From Gemmatimonadales bacterium (lineage in GTDB: Bacteria; Gemmatimonadota; Gemmatimonadetes; Gemmatimonadales; GWC2-71-9), in the NCBI GenBank assembly GCA_044221045.1, contig JBGAPX010000001.1:56608-120607 (forward strand): DNA of 64,000 nucleotides, read 5' to 3'. Below, in pieces: positions 56,254 to 64,000 of the stretch. Numbering within the stretch: the first letter of the stretch is position 1; each line of letters begins with the position of its first letter. The notes under the pieces were generated by a model. That model searched no databases, was not told the origin of the DNA, and worked only from the letters and a program-made list of their open reading frames with translations. The position numbers were made by a program, and so were the translations under genes.

Positions 56254-57051
56254 ATGACCCCCACCCTCCTCGGCATCCCGTGGGATGCGAGCTCGTCGTT
56301 CCAGCGCGGGCCGGCGCAGGCGCCGGCTGCCGTCCGCGCCGCCCTCCGCTCCGATTCCAGCAACGGCTGGAACGAGGAGCTGGTGGACGCCCGCGCGCTG
56401 CTCCAGGACGCCGGCGACCTGGCGCTCCCCGCCGACGGCCCGCTGCCGCTCGAGGCGATCACCGCCGGCGCCCGCGCGCTGCTCGACGCCGGCGCGACGC
56501 CGGTCTTCCTGGGCGGCGACCATTCGGTGACCTGGCCGCTGGTCCGCGCGGTACGGCCCCGCCACGAGCGGCTCACGATCTTCCACCTCGACGCCCACCC
56601 CGACCTCTACGACGAACTCGACGGCCGGCGCGACAGTCACGCCTGCCCCTTCGCGCGGATCCTCGAGGAGGGCGGCGCCAATCACCTGGTGCAGGCGGGG
56701 ATCCGCACCCTCAACGCGCACCAGCGCGACCAGGCCCGCCGCTTCGGGGTGGAGATGGTGCAGATGCGCCAGGGACTCGAGGCGATGGTCACCGCCGCCC
56801 GCCGCCTGGCCGGGCCGGTCTACCTGTCCGTCGACCTCGACGCGCTCGACCCGGCCTTCGTCCCCGGGATCAGTCACCCCGAACCGGGCGGGCTCAGCAC
56901 CCGCGAGCTGCTCACGATCCTGCAGGCGATCCCCAAGGGCCGGATCGTGGCGGCCGACGTGGTGGAACTCAACCCCGCCAACGACCTGCGCGACCTCACG
57001 GCCAGGGTGGCGGCGAAGGTGGTTGGGGAGATCGTGGGGAGGTTGGGGTAG
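56254..57051 (+). CDS. speB: agmatinase-like ureohydrolase
   Basis: 265 aa; GGDHSVTWP, HLDAHPDLY, SVDLDALDPAFVPGISHPEPGGL. Confidence 0.85.
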   Translation: MTPTLLGIPWDASSSFQRGPAQAPAAVRAALRSDSSNGWNEELVDARALLQDAGDLALPADGPLPLEAITAGARALLDAGATPVFLGGDHSVTWPLVRAVRPRHERLTIFHLDAHPDLYDELDGRRDSHACPFARILEEGGANHLVQAGIRTLNAHQRDQARRFGVEMVQMRQGLEAMVTAARRLAGPVYLSVDLDALDPAFVPGISHPEPGGLSTRELLTILQAIPKGRIVAADVVELNPANDLRDLTARVAAKVVGEIVGRLG

Positions 57052-57058
57052 GAACAGC

Positions 57059-57323
57059 GGGAAGCGGGAAGCGGGAAGCGGGAAGCGGGAAGCGGGAAAC
57101 GGGAAACGGGAAACGGGAAACGGGAAACGGGAAGGGGGAAAGGGGGAAAGGGAAGCGGGAAGGGGAACCCGCGAGAGCCAGGGGAGTACATCAAACCGCC
57201 CAACCGCCACTCCCTCGCGCCCGGGTCGCCGCTACGCGGCTCCCGAAGGGCGCTCGGTCGCCGCCCTACCGCCCTACCGCCCTACCGCCTTACCGCCTTA
57301 CCGCCCTACCGCCTACCGCCCCT
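57059..57323. repeat. largest composite element: (GGGAAGC)5 (GGGAAAC)5 + ~5 degenerate heptamers, conserved core, (CCGCCCTA/CCGCCTTA)x8
   Basis: Heptamers 57059-57170; core ..CCGCCCAACCGCCACTCCCTCGCGCCCGGGTCGCCGCTACGCGGCTCCCGAAGGGCGCTCGGTCGCCG 57195-57260; octamers 57261-57323; fills the gap between convergent speB and CDGSH genes. Confidence 0.95.
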
Positions 57324-57510
57324 CGTTATGCGACCCATCGCAGAACGGCTTGGACTTGGAGCGGCCGCAGCCGCAGAGCTTGACGGTGCCGGGCTTCTTG
57401 GGAGTGGGCTGGGGGATTTCGCGGCCGTCGCCATCGACGAGGACGACCGGCGTTTCGATGAGGATGCTGCCGGAGGGCTTGATGGTGATGCGGACCGGCG
57501 TGTCGCTCAT
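57313..57510 (-). CDS. CDGSH iron-sulfur domain protein (65 aa)
   Basis: MSDTPVRITIKPSGSILIE..CGCGRSKSKPFCDGSH; last codons and TAG stop lie within the octamer array; ATGA overlap with upstream gene. Confidence 0.85.
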   Translation of the reverse strand: MSDTPVRITIKPSGSILIETPVVLVDGDGREIPQPTPKKPGTVKLCGCGRSKSKPFCDGSHNEGR

Positions 57511-58451
57511 GCCGTCTGGACGCCCCGGGCCTGGTCTTCGGCGGCCTGGAACTCCTGGGCGCTGGCGCGCAGCGCCTGCGCGATGCCCCGCTCCTGCACC
57601 AGGGCCTCGGACATCCGGTGGCCGAGGTAGTAGCCGGAGCGCTCGGGGAGAACGCGGCCGGCGACGAGGCGGGCGGAGGGGCTCATGCCGCCGCTCAGGT
57701 AGCGGAGCCGGAGCCCGATGCCGCGGCCCTCGAGCTCGGGCTCGACGACGCGGCGGAGCAGGGACTCGAGCTCGCGCAGGCGGCGGTACTGGCGGCGGGG
57801 GTAGCCGAAGTAATTGGCCGGGTCGAGGCCGGGCGCCACCGCCTGGGCGGCGTGGACGGCCAGGCCCTCGTTGAGCAGCAGCTCGCGCAGGGTGGCGCGG
57901 CTGCCGGTGACCCAGTAGTCGTAGTAGCCGCCCTGGTCGGCCACGATGCGCTTGAGCTCGCTCTGGCTCTGGGGCGAGGTGTACCGGACGCAGTGCGCCA
58001 GCTCGTGCGCCACCCACAGCGGGATGAGCTCCGGCGGCAGGCCCATGCCGTAGGTCTCGGGGTTGGCGCGCCCGGTGAAGTGCTCCAGGCAGATGAACGC
58101 CACGCCCCGCCCGCCCACCACCAGCTCGCCCGCGTTGGCCGCGCCCATCCCGACCATCAGGTACACGTCCGTGGGCCGGTCGACGCCCAGCAGGTCCTCG
58201 GACTGCGCGATCGCGTCCTCGACGATGCCCGCGACGTCCGAGCTCTCGAGCAGTTCGTAGAGGTCGGAGCGGTCGGCGTTGAGCGCGTGGGTCATCACCG
58301 CGCGCGCCTGCTGGCTCTCGAGGTCCAGCACGTAGTTGTGCCAGTACGCGGAGAGGACGGCGCGATGTGCGTTCAGGTACTGCTCGAACGCGGCTTCGCG
58401 GTCTGTGGCTTTCAGGACGGAGAGGAATTCGGGGACGAGATTGATCAGCAC
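57507..58451 (-). CDS. predicted zinc-dependent protease (DUF2268-like, HExxH)
   Basis: GTG start (VLINLVPEFLSVL) inside ORF 57507..59978; WVAHELAHCVRY; upstream part of the long ORF is Arg/Gly/Pro-rich artefact. Confidence 0.65.
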   Translation of the reverse strand: MLINLVPEFLSVLKATDREAAFEQYLNAHRAVLSAYWHNYVLDLESQQARAVMTHALNADRSDLYELLESSDVAGIVEDAIAQSEDLLGVDRPTDVYLMVGMGAANAGELVVGGRGVAFICLEHFTGRANPETYGMGLPPELIPLWVAHELAHCVRYTSPQSQSELKRIVADQGGYYDYWVTGSRATLRELLLNEGLAVHAAQAVAPGLDPANYFGYPRRQYRRLRELESLLRRVVEPELEGRGIGLRLRYLSGGMSPSARLVAGRVLPERSGYYLGHRMSEALVQERGIAQALRASAQEFQAAEDQARGVQTA

Positions 58452-58562
58452 GTGCGCAAATATCGGCGGTTCGCGTGGAGGCGCAAGGTCTCTTCTCCCT
58501 GCTGGAATTGTCCGGGCGTCTTGACAGTGGCGGACCGAGTGTGAGACAGCGCACAGATCGAA

Positions 58563-58693
58563 GGCGGTTGGGCGGTTGGGCGGTTGGGCGGTTGGGCGGT
58601 TGGGCGATTGGGCGACTGGGCGACTGGACGGCGCAGATGCCTTGGCCTCGCCTTCCCGCTTCCCTCTTCCCTTTTCCCTTTTCCCTCTTCCCG
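58563..58693. repeat. composite array: (GGCGGTTG)x5 GGCGATTG (GGCGACTG)x2, spacer, (NNCTTCC)x6
   Basis: Octamers 58563-58629, heptamers 58650-58693; ends flush with the TGA (58694) of the BTAD regulator gene. Confidence 0.95.
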
Positions 58694-61600
58694 TCAGTTC
58701 CCCCCCAGCTGCGCGACCCGGATCCTCGCCCGCTCCACCCGCGCCCGGTAGATCGGGTCGGCATCGCTCCAGTTCTTGAGCACCTGGCGGTAGCGGGTGA
58801 CGGCGCTGTCGCGCTCGCCGGCGGCGTCCCAGGCCAGGGCGCCGAGCTCGAGGAGCTCGGTGGTGGTGGCGTAGGTCTGGGAGGCGTCGAGTCCGCCGCG
58901 GCGGGCGGCGTCGGCCCAGTAGGCGGCCTCGCGGGGGCGGTTGAGGCGCAGCAGGACCTTGGCCAGCTCGATGTTGGTGCGGGTGTAGCCGCTGGTCGGG
59001 CTCCAGATGGCCTGACGGAATTCGGCCGCGGCCTGCTCCAGCTGGCCCCGCGCCGCGTAGAGCAGGCCGCGCACGTGATGGTGGGCCCGGCCGTCGCGGC
59101 CGTAGCTGTTCCGCTGGCCCCAGACCTCGATGCTGTCGGCGATGCGTGGCAGGGGCGCGGTGTCGCCGGCGGCGGCGAGGGCGGTGCTCCGGAGCAGCTG
59201 GGTCCACACCAGGTTGCGGGCCACCTGCGAGCGGGTGGTGTCCCGGGGGCTGCGCGAGACGGAATCGAACGTCGCCGCCGCGCGGCGGAAGTCGCCCAGC
59301 TCGTACCAGGCCTGCGCCTCGAAGAGGGCGCTGTAGGGCGCGGCGCCTCGGGGGAAGGGATCCTCGAGGCCCCGGAGCCGGTGGGCCCACTCCAGGCCCT
59401 CGCGCGGCTTCCCCTGCATGCGATGGCTGATGCTCAGCCACTTGTAGCCCTCGCCGGGGAGCTTGCCGTGCGCCAGCTGGGTGTAGTAGCTGTCCGCCGC
59501 GGCGAAGTCGCCCATGCGGAGCCACACCTGCACCCGGAAGCCGTCGCGCACCAGGCCGGGGTCGCGGGCGATGACGACCTGGTCGGCGGTGAGCGCCTCG
59601 CGGTACCGGCCCGCGAGCATGAGCACCCAGCTGACCTGCCCCGCCGGCCCCGCCGCCTGCGGCTGGGCCCGCTGCCACTCCTCCGCGGTGCGGAGCGCGG
59701 CCGGCAGCGAGTCCATGTAGGCGTAGGTGCTGACGAGCATGAGGTAGGCGATGCAGGCATGGCAGCGCACCGGCGGGCCATCCTTGCGCTCGCTGGCCCG
59801 GAGCGAGAGCGAGTCCATCCGGATGACCTTCCGCAGCGGCTCGACCGCGCCCAGGAAGTCCCCGCTCGAGTTCCGCGCCGCCGCGAGCCAGGTGTAGCCC
59901 TCCGGCTCGGTGGGGTAGCGCACGGTGAGGCTCTCCGCCACCGCGATCCGGTTGGGCGCGTCCACCGCCGCGCTCCACCCCGCCAGGATGGTGAGCCGCT
60001 CCCGTTCCGAGGCCCGCGCCGAGAGCCGCACCGCCCGCTCCAGGCCGCGGATGAGGTTGACGTCGTTGAAGCTCCCCTGCGTCGTCGCCAGCCAGTAGGC
60101 GGCCATCGCGAAGGTGGAGTCCTCCTGCAAGGCCTGCTCCATCAGGCGCGCGCCCGCCTCGCCGTCGCCGCGGAAGAGGGCGCGCAGCCCTTCCTCATAG
60201 AACCGGTACGCCACCAGGGAGCGGGTGGTGACCTCGGCGATGCTGCCATTGGCGGCGCTGTCGATCCCCTCGGTGATGCTGCGCCGCGCCTCCTCCACCA
60301 GCCCGAAGAGGTCGCCCGCCTCCGCCGAGTAGCTCTCGGTCACGCCGCCGGTGGCGAGGTTGGTGCGGGTGAGGTCGAGCCGCAGCCGGCCGTCGGGCCG
60401 GCGGTAGAGGGCGCCGTCGATCAGCTCGGTGGCACCGGCGGCGCGCGCGGCGCGCACGGCGCTCGCCGCGGAATCGCCGGGGCCGCCCGATTGCGCCATG
60501 AGCTCGTACATCCGCGCGGTGCTGATGACCTGCAGCGCGCGGCTGCGCGCCAGGTCGGTGGCGAGCATGTCGCCGAGCGGGCGCGCCAGGCCCTCGCCGC
60601 TCCGGGTGTAGTCCTTGATCATCCCCACCGCCACCACCGGCGCCGCGGCGCCCGCGCCGAGCTCGTCCCGGAACACCCGCACCCGCATCACGCCCGCCAC
60701 CAGCAGGCCGAGGACGAGGCCGATGGCGATGCCGAGGCGGGTGGAGGTTCGGCGGAGAAACGGCTTGCGGGGCGGCAGGGCCGCCAGCGGCTCGGCGGCT
60801 CGGCGACTCGGCGGCTCGACCTGCGGACGGGGGCGGGCGTACTCGTCGGTGTAGCCGGAGATGAGCTTGCGGCCCGAGGGCTCCGGCACCGGCGCCGGCC
60901 GGGTGACGGCGGGGGTGCCGGGGATGGTGGAGATGGGGACGGAGGCGAGCGGCTCGGCGGCTCGGCGACTCGGCGGCTCGGCGGCTTGGCGGCTCGGCGG
61001 CTCGACCGTTTCCCGCACTCTCTCGCCCCCGGGTCGCGCTGACGCGCTCCCGAAGGGGGCTCGGTCGCCGCTTCCCGCTTCCCGCAGTTGATCTGCCAGC
61101 CGCTTCACCTCCGGGTCCGGCTCCAGCTCCAGTTCCTGCCGCAGCAGCATCTCGTACACCCGGTAGTGCTGCAGGGCGGCGGCGCGGTCGCCGACGGCGG
61201 CGAGGGCCTGCATCAGGCCGAGTGCGCTCCGGGCGTTGAGCGGGTCGGCGTTGGCGAGGAGGCGCCAGTAGCCGAGGGCGGTGCGGGGATCGCCGGCGGA
61301 GGAGGTGTCGCGGGCCAGCCGCTCCACGGCGGCGATGTAGTCGTGCGCCAGCGCGGCGCGTTCGCTCTCGGCCCAGCGCTCGAACTCGGGGGCCTCGTCG
61401 AGGTAGATGCCGTCGAGGAAGGGGCCCTTGTAGAGCGCGACCGCGTCGGCGAGGCGCTGCTCCTTGAGCGCCTGGCGGAAGCGGGCCAGGTCGCTGTCGC
61501 AGAGGTCGGGGTTGAGCCGGAGGTCGGTGGTGCCGAGCACCAGGTCCTCGGCGCCCAGGTCGCGGCGCAGGGCGTAGACCGTCTGGGCGAGGTTCTTCCG

Positions 61601-61792
61601 GGCCCGCTCCAGGTCGGACTCGGGCCACAGGAGGCTGAGCAGCTTCTCGCGCGAGAGGCCGCGCTCGCCGGCGGCGGCGAGGAGGGCCAGCAGCGCCAGG
61701 CGGCGGCGCTGGGCGCCGGCGCCCGCGGCCGGGGCGCCGCCCCGCTGGACGCCCAGGCCGCCGAAGGTGACGAGGAGGAGCGGTGGGCTCAT
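58694..61792 (-). CDS. BTAD/SARP-like winged-helix transcriptional regulator with TM segment and TolB-N-like/TPR sensor region (1032 aa)
   Basis: N-terminus RRLALLALLAAAGERGLSREKLLSLLWPE..; BTAD block ALYKGPFLDGIYLDEAPEFERWAESERAAL..ALQHYRVYEMLLRQELELEPD; TM LGIAIGLVLGLLVAGV; TPR-like C-terminus. Confidence 0.85.
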   Translation of the reverse strand: MSPPLLLVTFGGLGVQRGGAPAAGAGAQRRRLALLALLAAAGERGLSREKLLSLLWPESDLERARKNLAQTVYALRRDLGAEDLVLGTTDLRLNPDLCDSDLARFRQALKEQRLADAVALYKGPFLDGIYLDEAPEFERWAESERAALAHDYIAAVERLARDTSSAGDPRTALGYWRLLANADPLNARSALGLMQALAAVGDRAAALQHYRVYEMLLRQELELEPDPEVKRLADQLREAGSGDRAPFGSASARPGGERVRETVEPPSRQAAEPPSRRAAEPLASVPISTIPGTPAVTRPAPVPEPSGRKLISGYTDEYARPRPQVEPPSRRAAEPLAALPPRKPFLRRTSTRLGIAIGLVLGLLVAGVMRVRVFRDELGAGAAAPVVAVGMIKDYTRSGEGLARPLGDMLATDLARSRALQVISTARMYELMAQSGGPGDSAASAVRAARAAGATELIDGALYRRPDGRLRLDLTRTNLATGGVTESYSAEAGDLFGLVEEARRSITEGIDSAANGSIAEVTTRSLVAYRFYEEGLRALFRGDGEAGARLMEQALQEDSTFAMAAYWLATTQGSFNDVNLIRGLERAVRLSARASERERLTILAGWSAAVDAPNRIAVAESLTVRYPTEPEGYTWLAAARNSSGDFLGAVEPLRKVIRMDSLSLRASERKDGPPVRCHACIAYLMLVSTYAYMDSLPAALRTAEEWQRAQPQAAGPAGQVSWVLMLAGRYREALTADQVVIARDPGLVRDGFRVQVWLRMGDFAAADSYYTQLAHGKLPGEGYKWLSISHRMQGKPREGLEWAHRLRGLEDPFPRGAAPYSALFEAQAWYELGDFRRAAATFDSVSRSPRDTTRSQVARNLVWTQLLRSTALAAAGDTAPLPRIADSIEVWGQRNSYGRDGRAHHHVRGLLYAARGQLEQAAAEFRQAIWSPTSGYTRTNIELAKVLLRLNRPREAAYWADAARRGGLDASQTYATTTELLELGALAWDAAGERDSAVTRYRQVLKNWSDADPIYRARVERARIRVAQLGGN
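60787..60818. repeat. octamer array (GCGGCTCG x2, GCGACTCG, GCGGCTCG) inside the BTAD regulator linker
   Basis: Encodes VEPPSRRAAEPLAAL on the minus strand. Confidence 0.85.
60949..61084. repeat. composite element inside the BTAD regulator CDS: (GCGGCTCG)x7, conserved core, (CTTCCCG)x2
   Basis: Core ACCGTTTCCCGCACTCTCTCGCCCCCGGGTCGCGCTGACGCGCTCCCGAAGGGGGCTCGGTCGCCG 61005-61070; translated as EAGSGDRAPFGSASARPGGERVRETVEPPSRQAAEPPSRRAAEPLA. Confidence 0.9.
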
Positions 61793-62445
61793 GCGGCGCC
61801 GGCCAGCGCCCGCCGGGCGCGCTCGAGGTTCCGCCGGGCGGCGGCCTCGAAGCGGGCCCGGAACGGCGCCGTGCTATAGATGAAAGGGCGGGAGAGGAAC
61901 CGCTCCAGCACCGCGTCGCGGCCGGCGCGGAAATCCGGCGCCGGCACCCCGGCGTATTCGGCCCGGATCTGCCGCTCGTACTCATCGTAGCGCGCCGGCA
62001 CCGCGCCGAGGATGGCGAGGTCGATGTCCACCAGGAGCGCCTCCGCCGGGGTCTCGGGGGGCAGGTCGTGCCGGGTGGCGAGGATCAGCCGCTCGATCCG
62101 GCGCACGATGTCGGGTGCCGCGCCGGCTCCACGCAACACCTCAGAGGCCCACGTCGCGCTGGCCTGCTCGTTGTCGGAGCGACGGGTGTCGTAGACCGCA
62201 TCGTGGAACCAGAGCGCCACCGCCACCTCCCCGCCTGACGTTCCCGCCGCCGCCGCCAGCTCCCCCGCCTCTTCGAGCCGCTCGAAACACTCCCCCAGGT
62301 GCTGGAGGGAGTGATAGGCGCGGTCGGGCGCACGGTACGCCGCGATCACCTGGTCCCTGACGGCGGGCGCGGGGGCCGGGAGGCCGAGGGCGGCCCAACT
62401 GCGGTCCCATCGGGACGCCGCGTCGAAAGGCTTGCCGGGCAACAC
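61789..62445 (-). CDS. HD-superfamily predicted metal-dependent phosphohydrolase (COG4339-like)
   Basis: 218 aa; YHSLQHLGECF, ALWFHDAVYD, LVDIDLAILG, IRAEYAGVP; ATGA overlap with the BTAD gene start. Confidence 0.7.
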   Translation of the reverse strand: MLPGKPFDAASRWDRSWAALGLPAPAPAVRDQVIAAYRAPDRAYHSLQHLGECFERLEEAGELAAAAGTSGGEVAVALWFHDAVYDTRRSDNEQASATWASEVLRGAGAAPDIVRRIERLILATRHDLPPETPAEALLVDIDLAILGAVPARYDEYERQIRAEYAGVPAPDFRAGRDAVLERFLSRPFIYSTAPFRARFEAAARRNLERARRALAGAA

Positions 62446-62452
62446 GTTGCGT

Positions 62453-62507
62453 CAGGTGATCGGCAGGTGATCGCAGGGTGAAGGGGAATTCATGGGCAGG
62501 TGAACGC
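62453..62507. promoter_or_regulatory. helical-turn-phased direct repeats CAGGTGATCGG / CAGGTGATCG / CAGGGTGAAGG ... CAGGTGAACGC
   Basis: Starts at 62453, 62464, 62474 and 62497; directly upstream of the HD/BTAD operon start (62445). Confidence 0.4.
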
Positions 62508-62543
62508 CGGGCCTATTGTAGCCCGCGTAGCAGATGGGAGCAA

Positions 62544-62663
62544 GCGGCGGCTCGGCGGCTCGGCGGCTCGGCGGTTCGGGGGTTCGGGGGTTCGGGGGTG
62601 CGGCGGTGCGGTCTCGAACCGCCCAACCGCCTAACCGCCCAACCGCCGAACCGCCCAACCGCC
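62544..62663. repeat. inverted octamer arrays: (TCGGCGGC/TCGGGGGT/GCGGCGGT)x9 facing (GAACCGCC/CAACCGCC/TAACCGCC)x6
   Basis: GGCGGTTC-type units are the reverse complement of GAACCGCC units, giving a long imperfect hairpin; 36 nt upstream of a lipoprotein gene with AAAGGAGA RBS. Confidence 0.9.
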
Positions 62664-62699
62664 CGACACCAAACTCAAACAAGTAAAGGAGACCAGGCA

Positions 62700-63284
62700 A
62701 TGCGGGGCACCAGGTGGATGGCGACGATGGCGACGATGGCGGCGGTGGCGGTTCTCACGGCCTGCGGTGGCGATGGCAACGGCAGCGTGGGCCCGGGGAA
62801 CGGCGGGGCGGGGTTCTCGGCGGACGTGCAGGGGGACATCGAGACCTCCATCAAGGGCGACGCGCTGTACGGCAACGCCAGCGACCCCGAGGCGGGGACG
62901 ATCTTCGCCATCGAGATGTCGGAGGATGACTCGACCGGCGGCGGGCTGATCCAGCTGATCCGGATCGGCGCCGGGATGCCGGCGGTGGGCAACTACCAGC
63001 TGACCGACGCGGTGAACGGCACCCCACAGGAGGGTGACTGGGTGGCGGCGGCCTATGACAGCGACCACGGGCAGCTGACCGCGATCTTCGCCGCCACCAG
63101 CGGCTCGGTCAAGGTGACGCGCAACAGCAACGGCGCCTACGAGGGCACGTTCGACTTCATCGCCATCGGCGGGGCGCTGTCCGACCCGACCACCGAGATG
63201 ACGATCGCGGTGAACGGCCGCTTCAAGGCGACGCAGTCGCCCGGCTCGGCGGTGCGGTCGCTGCCGCGGGTGCGGAGCCGGTAA
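62700..63284 (+). CDS. hypothetical lipoprotein (194 aa)
   Basis: Start MRGTRWMATMATMAAVAVLTACGG (lipobox) inside ORF 62478..63284; strong RBS AAAGGAGA 8 nt upstream. Confidence 0.7.
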   Translation: MRGTRWMATMATMAAVAVLTACGGDGNGSVGPGNGGAGFSADVQGDIETSIKGDALYGNASDPEAGTIFAIEMSEDDSTGGGLIQLIRIGAGMPAVGNYQLTDAVNGTPQEGDWVAAAYDSDHGQLTAIFAATSGSVKVTRNSNGAYEGTFDFIAIGGALSDPTTEMTIAVNGRFKATQSPGSAVRSLPRVRSR

Positions 63285-63769
63285 TGCGCGCGGGCCGCGC
63301 CGTCCTCGGACTGTGCCTGGTGCTCGGGGGGTGCCGCGAGGCGCCGGTCCCGGCCACCCGGGTGGCGGTCCGGCTGGACCGCGGCCCCGCGGCCGGGAGC
63401 TACGAAGGCACCGCCAGCCGGCCGGCCTGCGTGCTGGCCCCGACGGGCCCCGGCAGCGTGGCGGTGCAGTTCACCGACTGGACCGGCCCCAAGCACGGGC
63501 TGCGCAGTCTGTCCCTGGTGGTGCCGTCGCCGGCGCGGCCCACCGACTTCTACCTCGGCATGGTGTTCGGCGACTTCTTCGCCGGGCAGGTGCTCGAGAT
63601 CGACACCCGCGCGACCACTCCGGTCCCGCGCGGGCATGGCCAGGTCGCGGTGCAGTCCAGCAGCCGCACGACCACCGTGACCGTCACCGGAGAAACCGAC
63701 AGCGCCGTGACGCTCACGGCGACCATCACCTGTCTCAACCCGAATGGAACGGAAGGAACCGACTCATGA
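63284..63769 (+). CDS. hypothetical lipoprotein (161 aa)
   Basis: MRAGRAVLGLCLVLGGC lipobox; TAATG overlap with upstream gene. Confidence 0.65.
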   Translation: MRAGRAVLGLCLVLGGCREAPVPATRVAVRLDRGPAAGSYEGTASRPACVLAPTGPGSVAVQFTDWTGPKHGLRSLSLVVPSPARPTDFYLGMVFGDFFAGQVLEIDTRATTPVPRGHGQVAVQSSSRTTTVTVTGETDSAVTLTATITCLNPNGTEGTDS

Positions 63770-64000
63770 TGCGCGCTCCCCTCTCCCCGACGCGGTACGT
63801 GACCTCCGTGGTCCTCACCGCCGGCGCCGCCGTGGCCCTCATGGGCATGAGCGGCCCCAAGCCCGCGCCCAAGGCGCCGACCTCGCTCCGGATCGTGGCC
63901 CGCGACTTCGGCTACGACCTCCCGGCCAGCGTCCCCTCCGGTCCCACGCGGATCGAGCTGGTGAACGGCGGCCACGACCTGCACCACGCGCAGCTGGTGC
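63766..64000 (+). CDS. hypothetical membrane-anchored protein, 5' fragment (runs off the window)
   Basis: Hand-translated: MMRAPLSPTRYVTSVVLTAGAAVALMG..LRIVARDFGYDLPASVPSGPTRIELVNGGHDLHHAQLV; ATG overlaps upstream stop (ATGA); open to the window end. Confidence 0.45.
   Translation, partial: MMRAPLSPTRYVTSVVLTAGAAVALMGMSGPKPAPKAPTSLRIVARDFGYDLPASVPSGPTRIELVNGGHDLHHAQLV

Noticed and set aside
57507-59978. 823-aa ORF upstream-extended version of the DUF2268-like gene
   Set aside because: The N-terminal ~500 residues are Arg/Gly/Pro-rich and cross the repeat arrays and the 3' end of the BTAD gene. Credible sequence starts at the GTG at 58451.

Overview
High-GC (about 70% by eye) bacterial chromosome segment. 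The gene repertoire (GWxTD lipoprotein, BTAD/TPR and kinase/TPR sensors, MMPL, PlpD-like patatin, orphan pilin) suggests a Gemmatimonadota/Acidobacteriota-like organism, but this is inference only because no search was possible.

The window covers the replication-origin neighbourhood, where dnaN and dnaA (minus strand) diverge from rpmH-rnpA-yidD-yidC-mnmE (plus strand) at 49.6-55.2 kb.

Other content, left to right:
- a sufR-sufBCDSU operon extended by a bacilliredoxin and a small Sm-like ORF
- def, then SLT and DUF350 genes
- a chalcone-isomerase-like / DUF485 / actP / actP cluster
- a 1685-aa Sec-signal RHS/YD polymorphic toxin; its low-GC C-terminal tip carries an HExxH motif and overlaps a secreted immunity candidate
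- a PlpD-like type Vd autotransporter, a ferredoxin, RNase D and SufT
- a beta-lactamase-like plus matrixin pair, and an MMPL transporter
- polA plus a pilin gene, two Ser/Thr kinases, pyrE, RNase P RNA and mtgA
- two ureohydrolases, MOSC, CDGSH and a BTAD regulator

Two things stand out.

(1) Nineteen loci carry tandem arrays of a 7-nt unit (GGGAARC) and 8-nt units (CCGCC+NNN). They are combined in a mosaic grammar with a conserved ~55-nt palindromic core and sit flush against start/stop codons. They form long hairpins and G-quadruplex motifs. At six of these loci the arrays are translated in frame inside genes (yidD, yidC twice, mnmE, BTAD regulator twice). I do not recognise this as a described repeat family.

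(2) Reading frames of core genes are broken. dnaA is scattered over all three frames (at least 10 shifts) and yidC has an in-frame TAG plus a shift. sufD, def, arginase and mnmE each carry one shift that is repaired by lengthening a homopolymer. These are most likely sequence-quality artefacts, but they need read-level confirmation.

No tRNA, rRNA, CRISPR, transposase or integrase was seen. All family assignments come from motif recognition by eye. Coordinates of non-ORF features are +-3 nt.
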